Shown here: piece by piece, positions 43,043 to 56,795 of the stretch
Layout of the letters: every line of letters begins with the position of its first letter
Numbering within the stretch: the first letter of the stretch is position 1
NCBI GenBank assembly: GCA_964016885.1
Contig: OZ024761.1
Coordinates: 7,068,001-7,132,000 of the forward strand
Direction: 5' to 3'
Length of the DNA stretch: 64,000 bases
Source: Eledone cirrhosa
Taxonomy: Eukaryota
Made by a program: the position numbers and the translations under genes
The notes under the pieces: model-generated
Databases searched by the model: none
The model's input: the letters and a program-made list of their open reading frames with translations, nothing else
Told to the model about the DNA's origin: nothing

Positions 43043-43909
43043 CGAGGTATCTCAGAAAAATTCCAGGACTGATGTCAGAAAAGATTTATTTCAAACCCAA
43101 ACTTCACACTAAGAATTTTCTCCTTTAAAGTAATCCCCCTGGAGTCTAATGCACTTTTCCATCCTTTTCTGTCACGCTTGCATGCACTCCTGGAAGCATT
43201 CTTCCGGGATCCTCTGCAGTTCTGCCGTCACGGCCTTTTTGTTGTCGTCCACGTCTTCAAAACGGGTCCCCTCCGGGTCATACTCGAAGATCCATGACTC
43301 ATCACCGGTGATGACTGTCCCTAGCAAGTCGACCCTTCTGGTCATCGTTCAGCAGTTTTGGCACCATCTTCGCGCAGACTTTCCGCATGTCCAAATCTTC
43401 AGTGAGAATCTTCCAGACGCTGTCCTGATTCATGCCCAGCTCATTAGCTATCAGTCGAACAGTCAGCCGACGATCGCTACGCACCATCTGCCTGAGGCGC
43501 TCAACGTTGACCTCAGTCCTGGTTGTTGAGGGCCTTCCGCTCCTGTGGTCATCTTCCACGTCCTCGCGTCCCTCTTTAAACCTCTTGCACCACTCAAAAA
43601 CACGTGAGTGTGACATCGTCTCATCTCCATACACTTGCTGCAGCAATCCCAGTGCTTCTGACAGAGTTTTCCCCAACCGTACCAGAAACTTCAAGTTTGT
43701 TCGTTGCTCTGTGTTCATTGCTTGACGACCTGAAACAGAGAACATGTATATAAAATTATGAAGAAAAAAGTTTGATCGCTGCAGAGAGCTAAGATTACAG
43801 TTACATACTCCAGGGGGATTACTTTGAAGGAGAAAACTCTTAGTGTGAAGTTTGGGTTTGAAATAAATCTTTTGTGACATCAGTCCTGGAACTTTTCTGA
43901 CACACCTCG
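43043..43909 (-). mobile_element. Internally deleted mariner (Tc1/mariner) transposon, ~103-bp TIRs, TA target duplication
   Basis: TA|cgaggt...acctcg|TA; ORF from ATG at 43718 with HTH region (QRTNLKFLVRLGK..RVFEWCKRFKEG..RSGRP..KMVPKLL), frameshifted VITGDESWIFEYDPE fused to C-terminal KCIRLQGDYF. Confidence 0.95.
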
Positions 43910-44023
43910 TATATATATAGTATATTCTATATCTGTATATATATAGTATATAGTATATTCTATATCTGTATATATATAGTATATTCTATATCTGTGTTGT
44001 GATATGTGGTTTCTTCATTTCAG

Positions 44024-44076
44024 CCTCAAACTATGGAGAAGAAGGTTTCAAAGGAACTGGTTTATTGAGTGGATAA
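44024..44076 (+). CDS. USP48: USP48 last coding exon: SNYGEEGFKGTGLLSG*
   Basis: tttcag acceptor, phase 1 matches previous exon; EEGFKGTGLL is the USP48 C-terminal signature; TAA 44074-44076. Confidence 0.95.
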
Positions 44077-44174
44077 CTTCAGTTATCTTCCTGCTTGGCA
44101 TATCTCATCCATGGATATCTCATATTTTCCACGACATTCGATATTTCCATCCGATCTTTCACCCTCAACATCAA

Positions 44175-45453
44175 CTAACTCTCTCCGATACTTCCCACAA
44201 CACTGACTAACTCTCTCCCATACTTCCCACAACATTGACTAACTCTCTCCCACATTTCCCACAACACTGACTAACTCTCTCCCATACTTCCCACAACATT
44301 GACTATCTCTCTCCCACATTTCCCACAACACTGACTAACTCTCTCCCATACTTCCCACAACACTGACTAACTCTCTCCCACATTTCCCACAACACTGACT
44401 AACTCTCTCCCATACTTCCCACAACACTGACTAACTCTCTCCCATACTTCCCACAACATTGACTATCTCTCTCTGATACTTCCCACAACACTGACTAACT
44501 CTCTCCCATACTTCCCACAACATTGACTAACTCTCTCCCACATTTCCCACAACACTGACTAACTCTCTCCCATACTTCCCACAACATTGACTATCTCTCT
44601 CCCACATTTCCCACAACACTGACTAACTCTCTCCCATACTTCCCACAACACTGACTAACTCTCTCCCTTACTTCCCACAACACTGACTAACTCTCTCCCA
44701 CATTTCCCACAACACTGACTAACTCTCTCCCATACTTCCCACAACACTGACTAACTCTCTCCCATACTTCCCACAACACTGACTAACTCTCTCCCATACT
44801 TCCCACAACACTGACTAACTCTCTCCCTTACTTCCCACAACACTGACTAACTCTCTCCCACATTTCCCACAACACTGACTAACTCTCTCCCACATTTCCC
44901 ACAACACTGACTAACTCTCTCCGATACTTCCCACTACACTGACTAACTCTCTCCCATACATCCCACAACACTGACTAACTCTCTCCCACATTTCCCACAA
45001 CATTGACTAACTCTCTCCGATACTTCCCACAACATTGACTAACTCTCTCCGATACTTCCCACAACATTGACTAACTCTCTCCGATACTTCCTACAACACT
45101 GACTAACTCTCTCCGATACTTCCCACAACACTGACTAACTCTCTCCGATACTTCCCACAACACTGACTAACTCTCTCCGATACTTCCCACAACACTGACT
45201 AACTCTCTCTGATACTTCCCACAACACTGACTAACTCTCTCCGATACTTCCTACAACACTGACTAACTCTCTCCGATTCTTCCCACAACACTGACTAACT
45301 CTCTCCGATTCTTCCCACAACACTGACTAACTCTCTCCGATTCTTCCCACAACACTGACTAACTCTCTCCCACATTTCCCACAACACTGACTAACTCTCT
45401 CCGATACTTCCCACAACACTGGTCATCTCTCTCCCACATTTCCCACAACACTG
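44175..45453. repeat. 32-bp minisatellite (cccacaacactgactaactctctcccatactt), ~40 copies
   Basis: Directly visible, starting ~100 bp after the USP48 stop. Confidence 0.95.
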
Positions 45454-45516
45454 GGTCACTTCTACTCCAGTGAGTGGTGGTGTACTTAACTCACTGCTGC
45501 TTCAAATTCTCTACTT

Positions 45517-48500
45517 ATTGACACAACTAGTGGTCAATACTACATAAGACTAAGTGACCAACACATTGACACAACTGGTGGTCAGTACTACATAAGACTA
45601 AGTGGCCAACACATTGACACAACTAGTGGTGAGTACTACATAAGACTAAGTGACCAACACATTGACACTAGTGGTCAGTACTACATAAGACTAAATGACC
45701 ACATTGACACAAGTAGTGGTCAGTACTACATAAGACTAAGTGACCAACACATTGACACAACTAGTGGTCAGTACTACATAAGACTAAATGACCAACACAT
45801 TGACACAAGTAGTGGTCAGTACTACATAAGACTAAATGACCAACATTGACACAAGTAGTGGTCAGTACTACATAAGACTAAGTGACCAACACATTGACAC
45901 AACTAGTGGTCAGTACTACATAAGACTAAATGACCAACACATTGACACAAGTAGTGGTCAGTACTACATAAGACTAAATGACCAACATTGACACAAGTAG
46001 TGGTCAGTACTACATAAGACTAAGTGACCAACACATTGACACAACTAGTGGTCAGTACTACATAAGACTAAGTGACCAACAATTTGACACAACTAGTGGT
46101 CAGTACTACATAAGACTAAGTGACCAACACATTGACACAACTAGTGGTCAGTACTACATAAGACTAAGTGACCAACACATTGACACAAGTAGTGGTCAGT
46201 ACTACATAAGACTAGATGACCAACACATTGACACAAGTAGTGGTCAGTACTACATAAGACTAAATGACCAACGCATTGACACAAGTAGTGGTCAGTACTA
46301 CATAAGACTAAATGACCAACACATTGACACAACTAGTGGTCAGTACTACATAAGACTAAATGACCAACACATTGACACAAGTAGTGGTCAGTACTACATA
46401 AGACTAAATGACCAACACATTGACACAACTAGTGGTCAGTACTACATAAGACTAAATGACCAACACATTGACACAAGTAGTGGTCAGTACTACAAGACTA
46501 AATGACCAAAACATTGACACAAGTAGTGGTCAGTACTACATAAGACTAAATGACCAACACATTGACACAACTAGTGGTCAGTACTACATAAGACTAAGTG
46601 ACCAACACATTGACACAACTAGTGGTCAGTCTACATAAGACTAAATGACCAACACATTGACACAACTAGTGGTCAGTACTACATAAGACTAAATGACCAA
46701 CACATTGACACAAGTAGTGGTCAGTACTACAAGACTAAATGACCAACACATTGACACAAGTAGTGGTCAGTACTACATAAGACTAAATGACCAACACATT
46801 GACACAACTAGTGGTCAGTACTACATAAGACTAAGTGACCAACACATTGACACAACTAGTGGTCAGTCTACATAAGACTAAATGACCAACACATTGACAC
46901 AACTAGTGGTCAGTACTACATAAGACTAAATGACCAACACATTGACACAACTAGTGGTCAGTACTACATAAGACTAAGTGACCAACACATTGACACAACT
47001 AGTGGTCAGTCTACATAAGACTAAATGACCAACACATTGACACAAGTAGTGGTCAGTACTACATAAGACTAAATGACCAACACATTGACACAAGTAGTGG
47101 TCAGTACTACATAAGACTAAATGACCAACACATTGACACAACTAGTGGTCAGTACTACATAAGACTAAATGACCAACACATTGACACAACTAGTGGTCAG
47201 TACTACATAAGACTAAATGACCAACACATTGACACAAGTAGTGGTCAGTACTACATAAGACTAAGTGACCAACACATTGACACAACTAGTGGTCAGTACT
47301 ACATAAGACTAAATGACCAACACATTGACACAACTAGTGGTCAGTACTACATAAGACTAAATGACCAACACATTGACACAAGTAGTGGTCAGTACTACAT
47401 AAGACTAAATGACCAACACATTGACACAAGTAGTGGTCAGTACTACATAAGACTAAATGACCAACACATTGACACAACTAGTGGTCAGTACTACATAAGA
47501 CTAAATGACCAACACATTGACACAAGTAGTGGTCAGTACTACATAAGACTAAATGACCAACACATTGACACAACTAGTGGTCAGTACTACATAAGACTAA
47601 GTGACCAACACATTGACACAACTAGTGGTCAGTACGACATAAGACTAAATGACCAACACATTGACACAACTAGTGGTCAGTACTACATAAGACTAAATGA
47701 CCAACACATTGACACAACTAGTGGTCAGTACTACATAAGACTAAGTGACCAACACATTGACACCTAGTGGTCAGTACACAAGACTAAATGACCAACACAT
47801 TGACACAACTAGTGGTCAGTACTACATAAGACTAAGTGACCAACACATTGACACAACTAGTGGTCAGTCTACATAAGACTAAATGACCAACACATTGACA
47901 CAAGTAGTGGTCAGTACTACATAAGACTAAATGACCAACACATTGACACAAGTAGTGGTCGGTACTACATAAGACTAAATGACCAACACATTGACACAAC
48001 TAGTGGTCAGTACTACATAAGACTAAATGACCAACACATTGACACAACTAGTGGTCAGTACTACATAAGACTAAATGACCAACACATTGACACAAGTAGT
48101 GGTCAGTACTACATAAGACTAAATGACCAACACATTGACACAACTAGTGGTCAGTACTACATAAGACTAAATGACCAACACATTGACACAACTAGTGGTC
48201 AGTACTACATAAGACTAAGTGACCAACACATTGACACAACGAGTGGTCAGTACTACATAAGACTAAATGACCAACACATTGACACAACTAGTGGTCAGTA
48301 CTACATAAGACTAAATGACCAACACATTGACACAACTAGTGGTCAGTACTACATAAGACTAAATGACCAACACATTGACACAAGTAGTGGTCAGTACTAC
48401 ATAAGACTAAGTGACCAACACATTGACACAACGAGTGGTCAGTACTACATAAGACTAAATGACCAACACATTGACACAACTAGTGGTCAGTCCTACATAA

Positions 48501-51500
48501 GACTAAATGACCAACACATTGACACAAGTAGTGGTCAGTACTACATAAGACTAAATAACCAACACATTGACACAAGTAGTGGTCAGTACTACATAAGACT
48601 AAGTGACCAACACATTGACACAAGTAGTGGTCAGTACTACATAAGACTAAATGACCAACACATTGACACAAGTAGTGGTCAGTACTACATAAGACTAAGT
48701 GACCAACACATTGACACGAGTGGTCAGTACTACATAAGACTAAATGACCAACACATTGACACAACTAGTGGTCAGTACTACATAAGACTAAATGACCAAC
48801 ACATTGACACAACTAGTGGTCAGTACTACATAAGACTAAGTGACCAACACATTGACACAACTAGTGGTCAGTACTACATAAGACTAAGTGACCAACAATT
48901 TGACACAACTAGTGGTCAGTACTACATAAGACTAAGTGACCAACACATTGACACAACTAGTGGTCAGTACTACATAAGACTAAGTGACCAACACATTGAC
49001 ACAAGTAGTGGTCAGTACTACATAAGACTAGATGACCAACACATTGACACAAGTAGTGGTCAGTACTACATAAGACTAAATGACCAACGCATTGACACAA
49101 GTAGTGGTCAGTACTACATAAGACTAAATGACCAACACATTGACACAACTAGTGGTCAGTACTACATAAGACTAAATGACCAACACATTGACACAAGTAG
49201 TGGTCAGTACTACATAAGACTAAATGACCAACACATTGACACAACTAGTGGTCAGTACTACATAAGACTAAATGACCAACACATTGACACAAGTAGTGGT
49301 CAGTACTACAAGACTAAATGACCAAAACATTGACACAAGTAGTGGTCAGTACTACATAAGACTAAATGACCAACACATTGACACAACTAGTGGTCAGTAC
49401 TACATAAGACTAAGTGACCAACACATTGACACAACTAGTGGTCAGTCTACATAAGACTAAATGACCAACACATTGACACAACTAGTGGTCAGTACTACAT
49501 AAGACTAAATGACCAACACATTGACACAAGTAGTGGTCAGTACTACAAGACTAAATGACCAACACATTGACACAAGTAGTGGTCAGTACTACATAAGACT
49601 AAATGACCAACACATTGACACAACTAGTGGTCAGTACTACATAAGACTAAGTGACCAACACATTGACACAACTAGTGGTCAGTCTACATAAGACTAAATG
49701 ACCAACACATTGACACAACTAGTGGTCAGTACTACATAAGACTAAATGACCAACACATTGACACAACTAGTGGTCAGTACTACATAAGACTAAGTGACCA
49801 ACACATTGACACAACTAGTGGTCAGTCTACATAAGACTAAATGACCAACACATTGACACAAGTAGTGGTCAGTACTACATAAGACTAAATGACCAACACA
49901 TTGACACAAGTAGTGGTCAGTACTACATAAGACTAAATGACCAACACATTGACACAACTAGTGGTCAGTACTACATAAGACTAAATGACCAACACATTGA
50001 CACAACTAGTGGTCAGTACTACATAAGACTAAATGACCAACACATTGACACAAGTAGTGGTCAGTACTACATAAGACTAAGTGACCAACACATTGACACA
50101 ACTAGTGGTCAGTACTACATAAGACTAAATGACCAACACATTGACACAACTAGTGGTCAGTACTACATAAGACTAAATGACCAACACATTGACACAAGTA
50201 GTGGTCAGTACTACATAAGACTAAATGACCAACACATTGACACAAGTAGTGGTCAGTACTACATAAGACTAAATGACCAACACATTGACACAACTAGTGG
50301 TCAGTACTACATAAGACTAAATGACCAACACATTGACACAAGTAGTGGTCAGTACTACATAAGACTAAATGACCAACACATTGACACAACTAGTGGTCAG
50401 TACTACATAAGACTAAGTGACCAACACATTGACACAACTAGTGGTCAGTACTACATAAGACTAAATGACCAACACATTGACACAACTCGTGGTCAGTACT
50501 ACATAAGACTAAATGACCAACACATTGACACAACTAGTGGTCAGTACTACATAAGACTAAGTGACCAACACATTGACACCTAGTGGTCAGTACACAAGAC
50601 TAAATGACCAACACATTGACACAACTAGTGGTCAGTACTACATAAGACTAAGTGACCAACACATTGACACAACTAGTGGTCAGTCTACATAAGACTAAAT
50701 GACCAACACATTGACACAAGTAGTGGTCAGTACTACATAAGACTAAATGACCAACACATTGACACAAGTAGTGGTCGGTACTACATAAGACTAAATGACC
50801 AACACATTGACACAACTAGTGGTCAGTACTACATAAGACTAAATGACCAACACATTGACACAACTAGTGGTCAGTACTACATAAGACTAAATGACCAACA
50901 CATTGACACAAGTAGTGGTCAGTACTACATAAGACTAAATGACCAACACATTGACACAACTAGTGGTCAGTACTACATAAGACTAAATGACCAACACATT
51001 GACACAACTAGTGGTCAGTACTACATAAGACTAAGTGACCAACACATTGACACAACGAGTGGTCAGTACTACATAAGACTAAATGACCAACACATTGACA
51101 CAACTAGTGGTCAGTACTACATAAGACTAAATGACCAACACATTGACACAACTAGTGGTCAGTACTACATAAGACTAAATGACCAACACATTGACACAAG
51201 TAGTGGTCAGTACTACATAAGACTAAGTGACCAACACATTGACACAACGAGTGGTCAGTACTACATAAGACTAAATGACCAACACATTGACACAACTAGT
51301 GGTCAGTCCTACATAAGACTAAATGACCAACACATTGACACAAGTAGTGGTCAGTACTACATAAGACTAAATAACCAACACATTGACACAAGTAGTGGTC
51401 AGTACTACATAAGACTAAGTGACCAACACATTGACACAAGTAGTGGTCAGTACTACATAAGACTAAATGACCAACACATTGACACAAGTAGTGGTCAGTA

Positions 51501-52838
51501 CTACATAAGACTAAGTGACCAACACATTGACACGAGTGGTCAGTACTACATAAGACTAAATGACCAACACATTGACACAACTAGTGGTCAGTACTACATA
51601 AGACTAAATGACCAACACATTGACACAAGTAGTGGTCAGTACTACATAAGACTAAATAACCAACACATTGACACAAGTAGTGGTCAGTACTACATAAGAC
51701 TAAATGACCAACACATTGACACAACTAGTGGTCAGTACTACATAAGACTAAATGACCAACACATTGACACAACTAGTGGTCAGTACTACATAAGACTAAA
51801 TGACCAACACATTGACACAACTAGTGGTCAGTACTACATAAGACTAAATAACCAACACATTGACACAAGTAGTGGTCAGTACTACATAAGACTAAATGAC
51901 CAACACATTGACACAACTAGTGGTCAGTACTACATAAGACTAAATGACCAACACATTGACACAACTAGTGGTCAGTACTACATAAGACTAAATGACCAAC
52001 ACATTGACACAACTAGTGGTCAGTACTATATAAGACTAAATGACCAACACATTGACACAACTAGTGGTCAGTACTACATAAGACTAAGTGACCAACACAT
52101 TGACACAACTAGTGGTCAGTACTATATAAGACTAAATGACCAACACATTGACACAACTAGTGGTCAGTACTATATAAGACTAAATGACCAACAGATTGAC
52201 ACAACTAGTGGTCAGTACTACATAAGACTAAGTGACCAACACATTGACACAACTAGTGGTCAGTACTACATAAGACTAAATGACCAACACATTGACACAA
52301 CTAGTGGTGAGTACTACATAAGACTAAGTGACCGACACATTGACACAACTAGTGGTCAGTACTACATAAGACTAAGTGACCGACACATTGACACAACTAG
52401 TGGTCAGTACTACATAAGACTAAATGACCAACACATTGACACAACTAGTGGTTAGTACTACATAAGACTAAGTGACCAACACATTGACACTAGTGGTCAG
52501 TACTACATAAGACTAAATGACCAACACATTGACACAACTAGTGGTTAGTACTACATAAGACTAAGTGACCAACACATTGACACTAGTGGTCAGTACTACA
52601 TAAGACTAAATGACCAACACATTGACACAACTAGTGGTTAGTACTACATAAGACTAAGTGACCAACACATTGACACTAGTGGTCAGTACTACATAAGACT
52701 AAATGACCAACACATTGACACAACTAGTGGTCAGTACTACATAAGACTAAGTGACCAACACATTGACACAACTAGTGGTCAGTACTACATAAGACTAAAT
52801 GACCAACACATTGACACAACTAGTGGTCAGTACTACAT
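45517..52838. repeat. 48-bp satellite (attgacacaactagtggtcagtactacataagactaaatgaccaacac), ~150 copies, with 2816-bp higher-order duplication
   Basis: 16-aa period in ORF track; identical spurious ORFs recur at offset 2816. Confidence 0.97.
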
Positions 52839-52924
52839 GGATGGTTGGCCAGTTGGAAGGATGGTTGCTAAGAAAGTATTAGATTGTGGCTAATCAGTTT
52901 GTTAAAAATTAATTAGTTAATTAA

Positions 52925-53398
52925 CCCATTACAATTTACATTATTCTATATATACTATAGAGTGTCTTGCTCAAGGACATAATGCATTGCCCAGTCTGGA
53001 ATCGAACTCACAACCTCACTGTTGTGAATCCAATTCTCTAACCACTCAGCCACGTGCCTTCACGTTGCTACTTCTGCCTGGATTTGCAACCAATAGATAG
53101 TATTAGCAATTGGCAAGGCCAATGGAAACACTGTTTCCTCGGTCCAATTTGACGATCTCCACCCCACTCGTTAAGCGAATGAGGTCTGGGGATCTTGTTG
53201 ATTGACTGTCGATATATACTATTGTATTTTTGTGGTAAAGGCTTTATTTTACATAATATCGAATCTAGGAGATTTTGATGTTATTTATTTTGAGAACAAT
53301 ACCTAAACATCAGTATGGGCAGCCACTTACAACCAGTTTGAACAGAAAGAGATAAGAGAGAATTCACACCAGATACGGCCGGTTTAAATGCTTGAGGG
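52925..53398 (+). mobile_element. Unexpanded piggyBac-like MITE interrupted by a minus-strand SINE head and a ~145-bp dispersed repeat
   Basis: ttaa|cccattacaattta ... taaatgcttgaggg|ttaa; single copy of the 60-bp unit. Confidence 0.75.
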
Positions 53399-54001
53399 TT
53401 AAAGATATATCCTTATCTTGTTACTCTGTCAGTATGTGGGATATTCACAGATTTGTCGCCACATGTGGCCAAAAAGGAGTCATATGAGGAAGCCAAAATA
53501 ATAATTGTTTCTACTTTTGGCACAAGGCCAGCAATCACCCAGTACATTACTGGTACTTTATTTTATCGACCCCGTAAGGATGAAAGGCAAAGTTACCTGG
53601 GAAGCCAAAATAATAATATAAGTATTTTTTAAAATACTGATTATATGATTGTGACGGGTCATAATAATAATTGTTTCTACTTTAGGCACAAGGCCAGCAA
53701 TTACTCCAGTGTATTACTGGTACTTTATTTTATCGACCCCCGTAAGGATGAAAGACAAAGTTTACCTCAGCAGGATTTGAACTCAAACCATAAAGGGCCG
53801 TAACTCTATGCTGCACAGCATGGCGTCCAACCCTCTCCCAATGCTGCCAATCCACAGTTCATAATAATGTGTGCCAGTCTTCTCTCAGCAAATTGCAGCT
53901 TTGGTGGAGGGGGAAGGATTTTTTTTTCTCTGTACATCTTATGTGTATATATGTATCTGTGTGTGTGTGTGTGTATGTCTGTATGTAAGTATATATATGT
54001 A

Positions 54002-54046
<45 letters not shown>

Positions 54047-54423
54047 CTGTATGTGAGTATATATATATGTATCTGTGTGTGTGTGTGTGTGTCTGTATGT
54101 GAGTATATGTATCTGTGTGTGTATGTCTGTATGTGAGTATATATCTGTGTGTGTGTATGTATGTCTGTATGTGAGTATATATATGTATCTGTGTGTGTGT
54201 GTGTATGTATGTCTGTATGTGAGTATATATATGTATCTGTGTGTGTGTGTGTGTATGTATGTATGTCTGTATGTGAGTATATATATGTATCTGTGTGTGT
54301 GTGTGTATGTATGTCTGTATGTGAGTATATATAATATATATATATATATGTGTATGTGTGTGAGTCCCAAGTTCAATCAAGGGTAACCACAGTAAGTAAG
54401 GTACTCAATTCATTAGTAGAGTG

Positions 54424-55156
54424 TATATAACAAATTTAATTTAGAAATGGCTTCTACAGGACTAGAGCTGTTTCATTCAAAAGGAATCATTGCTTTCCTG
54501 ATGATTTCCTTCAAATGAAACAGTTCTAGTGCTGTAGAAGCCATTTCTATTAAATTTGTTATATATATATAACAAATTTAATATAGAAATGGCTTCTACA
54601 GGACTAGAGCTGTTTCATTCAAAAGGAATCATTGCTTTCCTGATGATTTCCTTCAAATGAAACAGTTCTAGTCCTGTAGAAGCCATTTCTATTAAATTTG
54701 TTATATATGTAACAAATTTAATTTAGAAATGGCTTCTACAGGACTAGAGCTGTTTCATTCAAAAGGAATCATTGCTTTCCTGATGATTTCCTTCAAATGA
54801 AACAGTTCTAGTCCTGTAGAAGCCATTTCTATTAAATTTGTTATATATATATAACAAATTTAATATAGAAATGGCTTCTACAGGACTAGAGCTGTTTCAT
54901 TCAAAAGGAATCATTGCTTTCCTGATGATTTCCTTCAAATGAAACAGTTCTAGTGCTGTAGAAGCCATTTCTATTAAATTTGTTATATATATATAACAAA
55001 TTTAATATAGAAATGGCTTCTACAGGACTAGAGCTGTTTCATTCAAAAGGAATCATTGCTTTCCTGATGATTTCCTTCGAATGAAACAGTTCTAGTGCTG
55101 TAGAAGCCATTTCTATTAAATTTGTTATATATATATAACAAATTTAATATAGAAAT
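54424..55156 (+). repeat. Tandem array of five 140-142-bp palindromic units, each with a hammerhead core on the + strand
   Basis: Units start at 54429, 54571, 54711, 54853, 54995 (partial 55137); each has CTGATGA-12 nt-GAAAcag...ctgTA. Confidence 0.9.
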
Positions 55157-55430
55157 ATCATTGTCATTTTAATGTCCACTGCTAGTGTTGGGTCAATATA
55201 GACCAAGTTAGTACTGAAGCGGAGCAAATGATCTCCCAGGCAGGCCAGGGATCTGTGTACTGTTCCATCGAGTGCTCTGGAGAGGTTGTCATGCCTTTGA
55301 CACAACTGAAGGGTCCGCCCAAACCCCTTTGTTTATCTGTGTGTGTATATGTAAAATATATTATTACTGAGGCTTAGATATGTTGAATAATAGCCATACT
55401 AGTAAAATCTCATCTAATATATATGTTATA

Positions 55431-55468
<38 letters not shown>

Positions 55469-55473
<5 letters not shown>

Positions 55474-55701
55474 CAAGGACAATTTGTTAAGCCTTCATTA
55501 CGTTTATTGATTGGTAACGCATGTTTAACTATTGATCAGCACAAGGTTTGATCTGTATCGATCTGGCCTGACTCTGGAATCAAGAGCTCGTCAGACCTCT
55601 GCTGTTGTAATGACAGAATGGTTCATTGAGCAGATTAATAGTAAAACGCGCGTCACCAATCAATAAACATAATGAAGGCTTAACAAACCATCCTTGTATT
55701 A
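55469..55701. repeat. Fold-back element, ~75-80-bp imperfect arms, next to (TA)n
   Basis: taatacaagga..tttgttaagccttcatta.gtttattgattggt / accaatcaataaac.taatgaaggcttaacaaa..tccttgtatta. Confidence 0.85.
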
Positions 55702-55848
55702 TTATACTACACTCAGTCTAGCTCTACACCTCGCTACAGACGTGAGCCTAAACATTGAGTGCTCACCTGGGTGAAGAACCTACAGTAACTTCAGGTTACA
55801 CTTCCTGTATATATATATATATGTGTGTGTATATACATATATATGTGG

Positions 55849-55892
<44 letters not shown>

Positions 55893-56000
55893 AACTCGCG
55901 TATAACTTTTATACATATTTCCTATAGTCTTTTATATATGTATCTATGTATAATAGGCACACTCACACAAACACATATATGTACATATGGGGGGGGGGGG

Positions 56001-56240
56001 GGGCACGTGCCATAGTGGTAAGGGTGTTGCACTTACAATCATAATGTTGGGGGTTCAATTGCTGGGCTGGGTTGTGTGTTTTGTTCTTGAGCAAAACACT
56101 TTATTTCATGTTGCTCCAGTATACTCAGCTGAAAATGAGTACCCCCAGCAATAGCGGGGAGTATAACCCTGCAATGGACGGGAATTCTGACCATGGGGGA
56201 GTCTTGTCCTCTCAGTCGCTCTGGAATAAAACCCCGGCCA
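56001..56240 (+). mobile_element. Diverged tRNA/CORE SINE
   Basis: ggcacgtgccatagtggtaag, ggttcaatt, ttcttgagcaaaacactttatttc. Confidence 0.75.
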
Positions 56241-56795
56241 GGTTTTAGTCATGTCAACATACACACAGACACTCCCTTACTCCTCACCCTCCTTACCTTA
56301 GTTATTTCAATCTTATTCTGGTGTTTCTCTCTCTCCTCCCACCAGCCCTTCTTAGGGATATCAATTTAACCAAGGTACAGAAATCTATTAATGATCGAAT
56401 AACAATAAAAATAATGTATTTTTCTATTGTTGTTTCTTTCTTTTTTTATTTATTTTATCAACGATTGTCATGTTTAGTGTTGTCAACCCCACCACAAACG
56501 ATGTTTGTTAGATATAAACAAACTCTGTATATACTATTATACAATTTTCATGGTAAACACTACCTCAAATAAATCTCACATAACGTTGAATCTAGATTTT
56601 GAAATTATTTATTTTAAGAACAATACCTTAACAGCAGATGAGTGGCCAGTTAGAGCTGGGAGAATTCTGGCCACATTGGTTGGACGTGTTGTCACATTAC
56701 ATCGAAAATCCCAAACCACATAAATTTAAAAATCCCAAAATCCGAAAATCAAAAATTCAAGAATCCAAAAATACAAATGTGAGGAATTTAGCTTC

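Noticed and set aside
45517-52838. CRISPR-like or repeat-protein reading of the 48-bp array
   Set aside because: No unique spacers, no cas genes, frequent frameshifting indels, eukaryotic context
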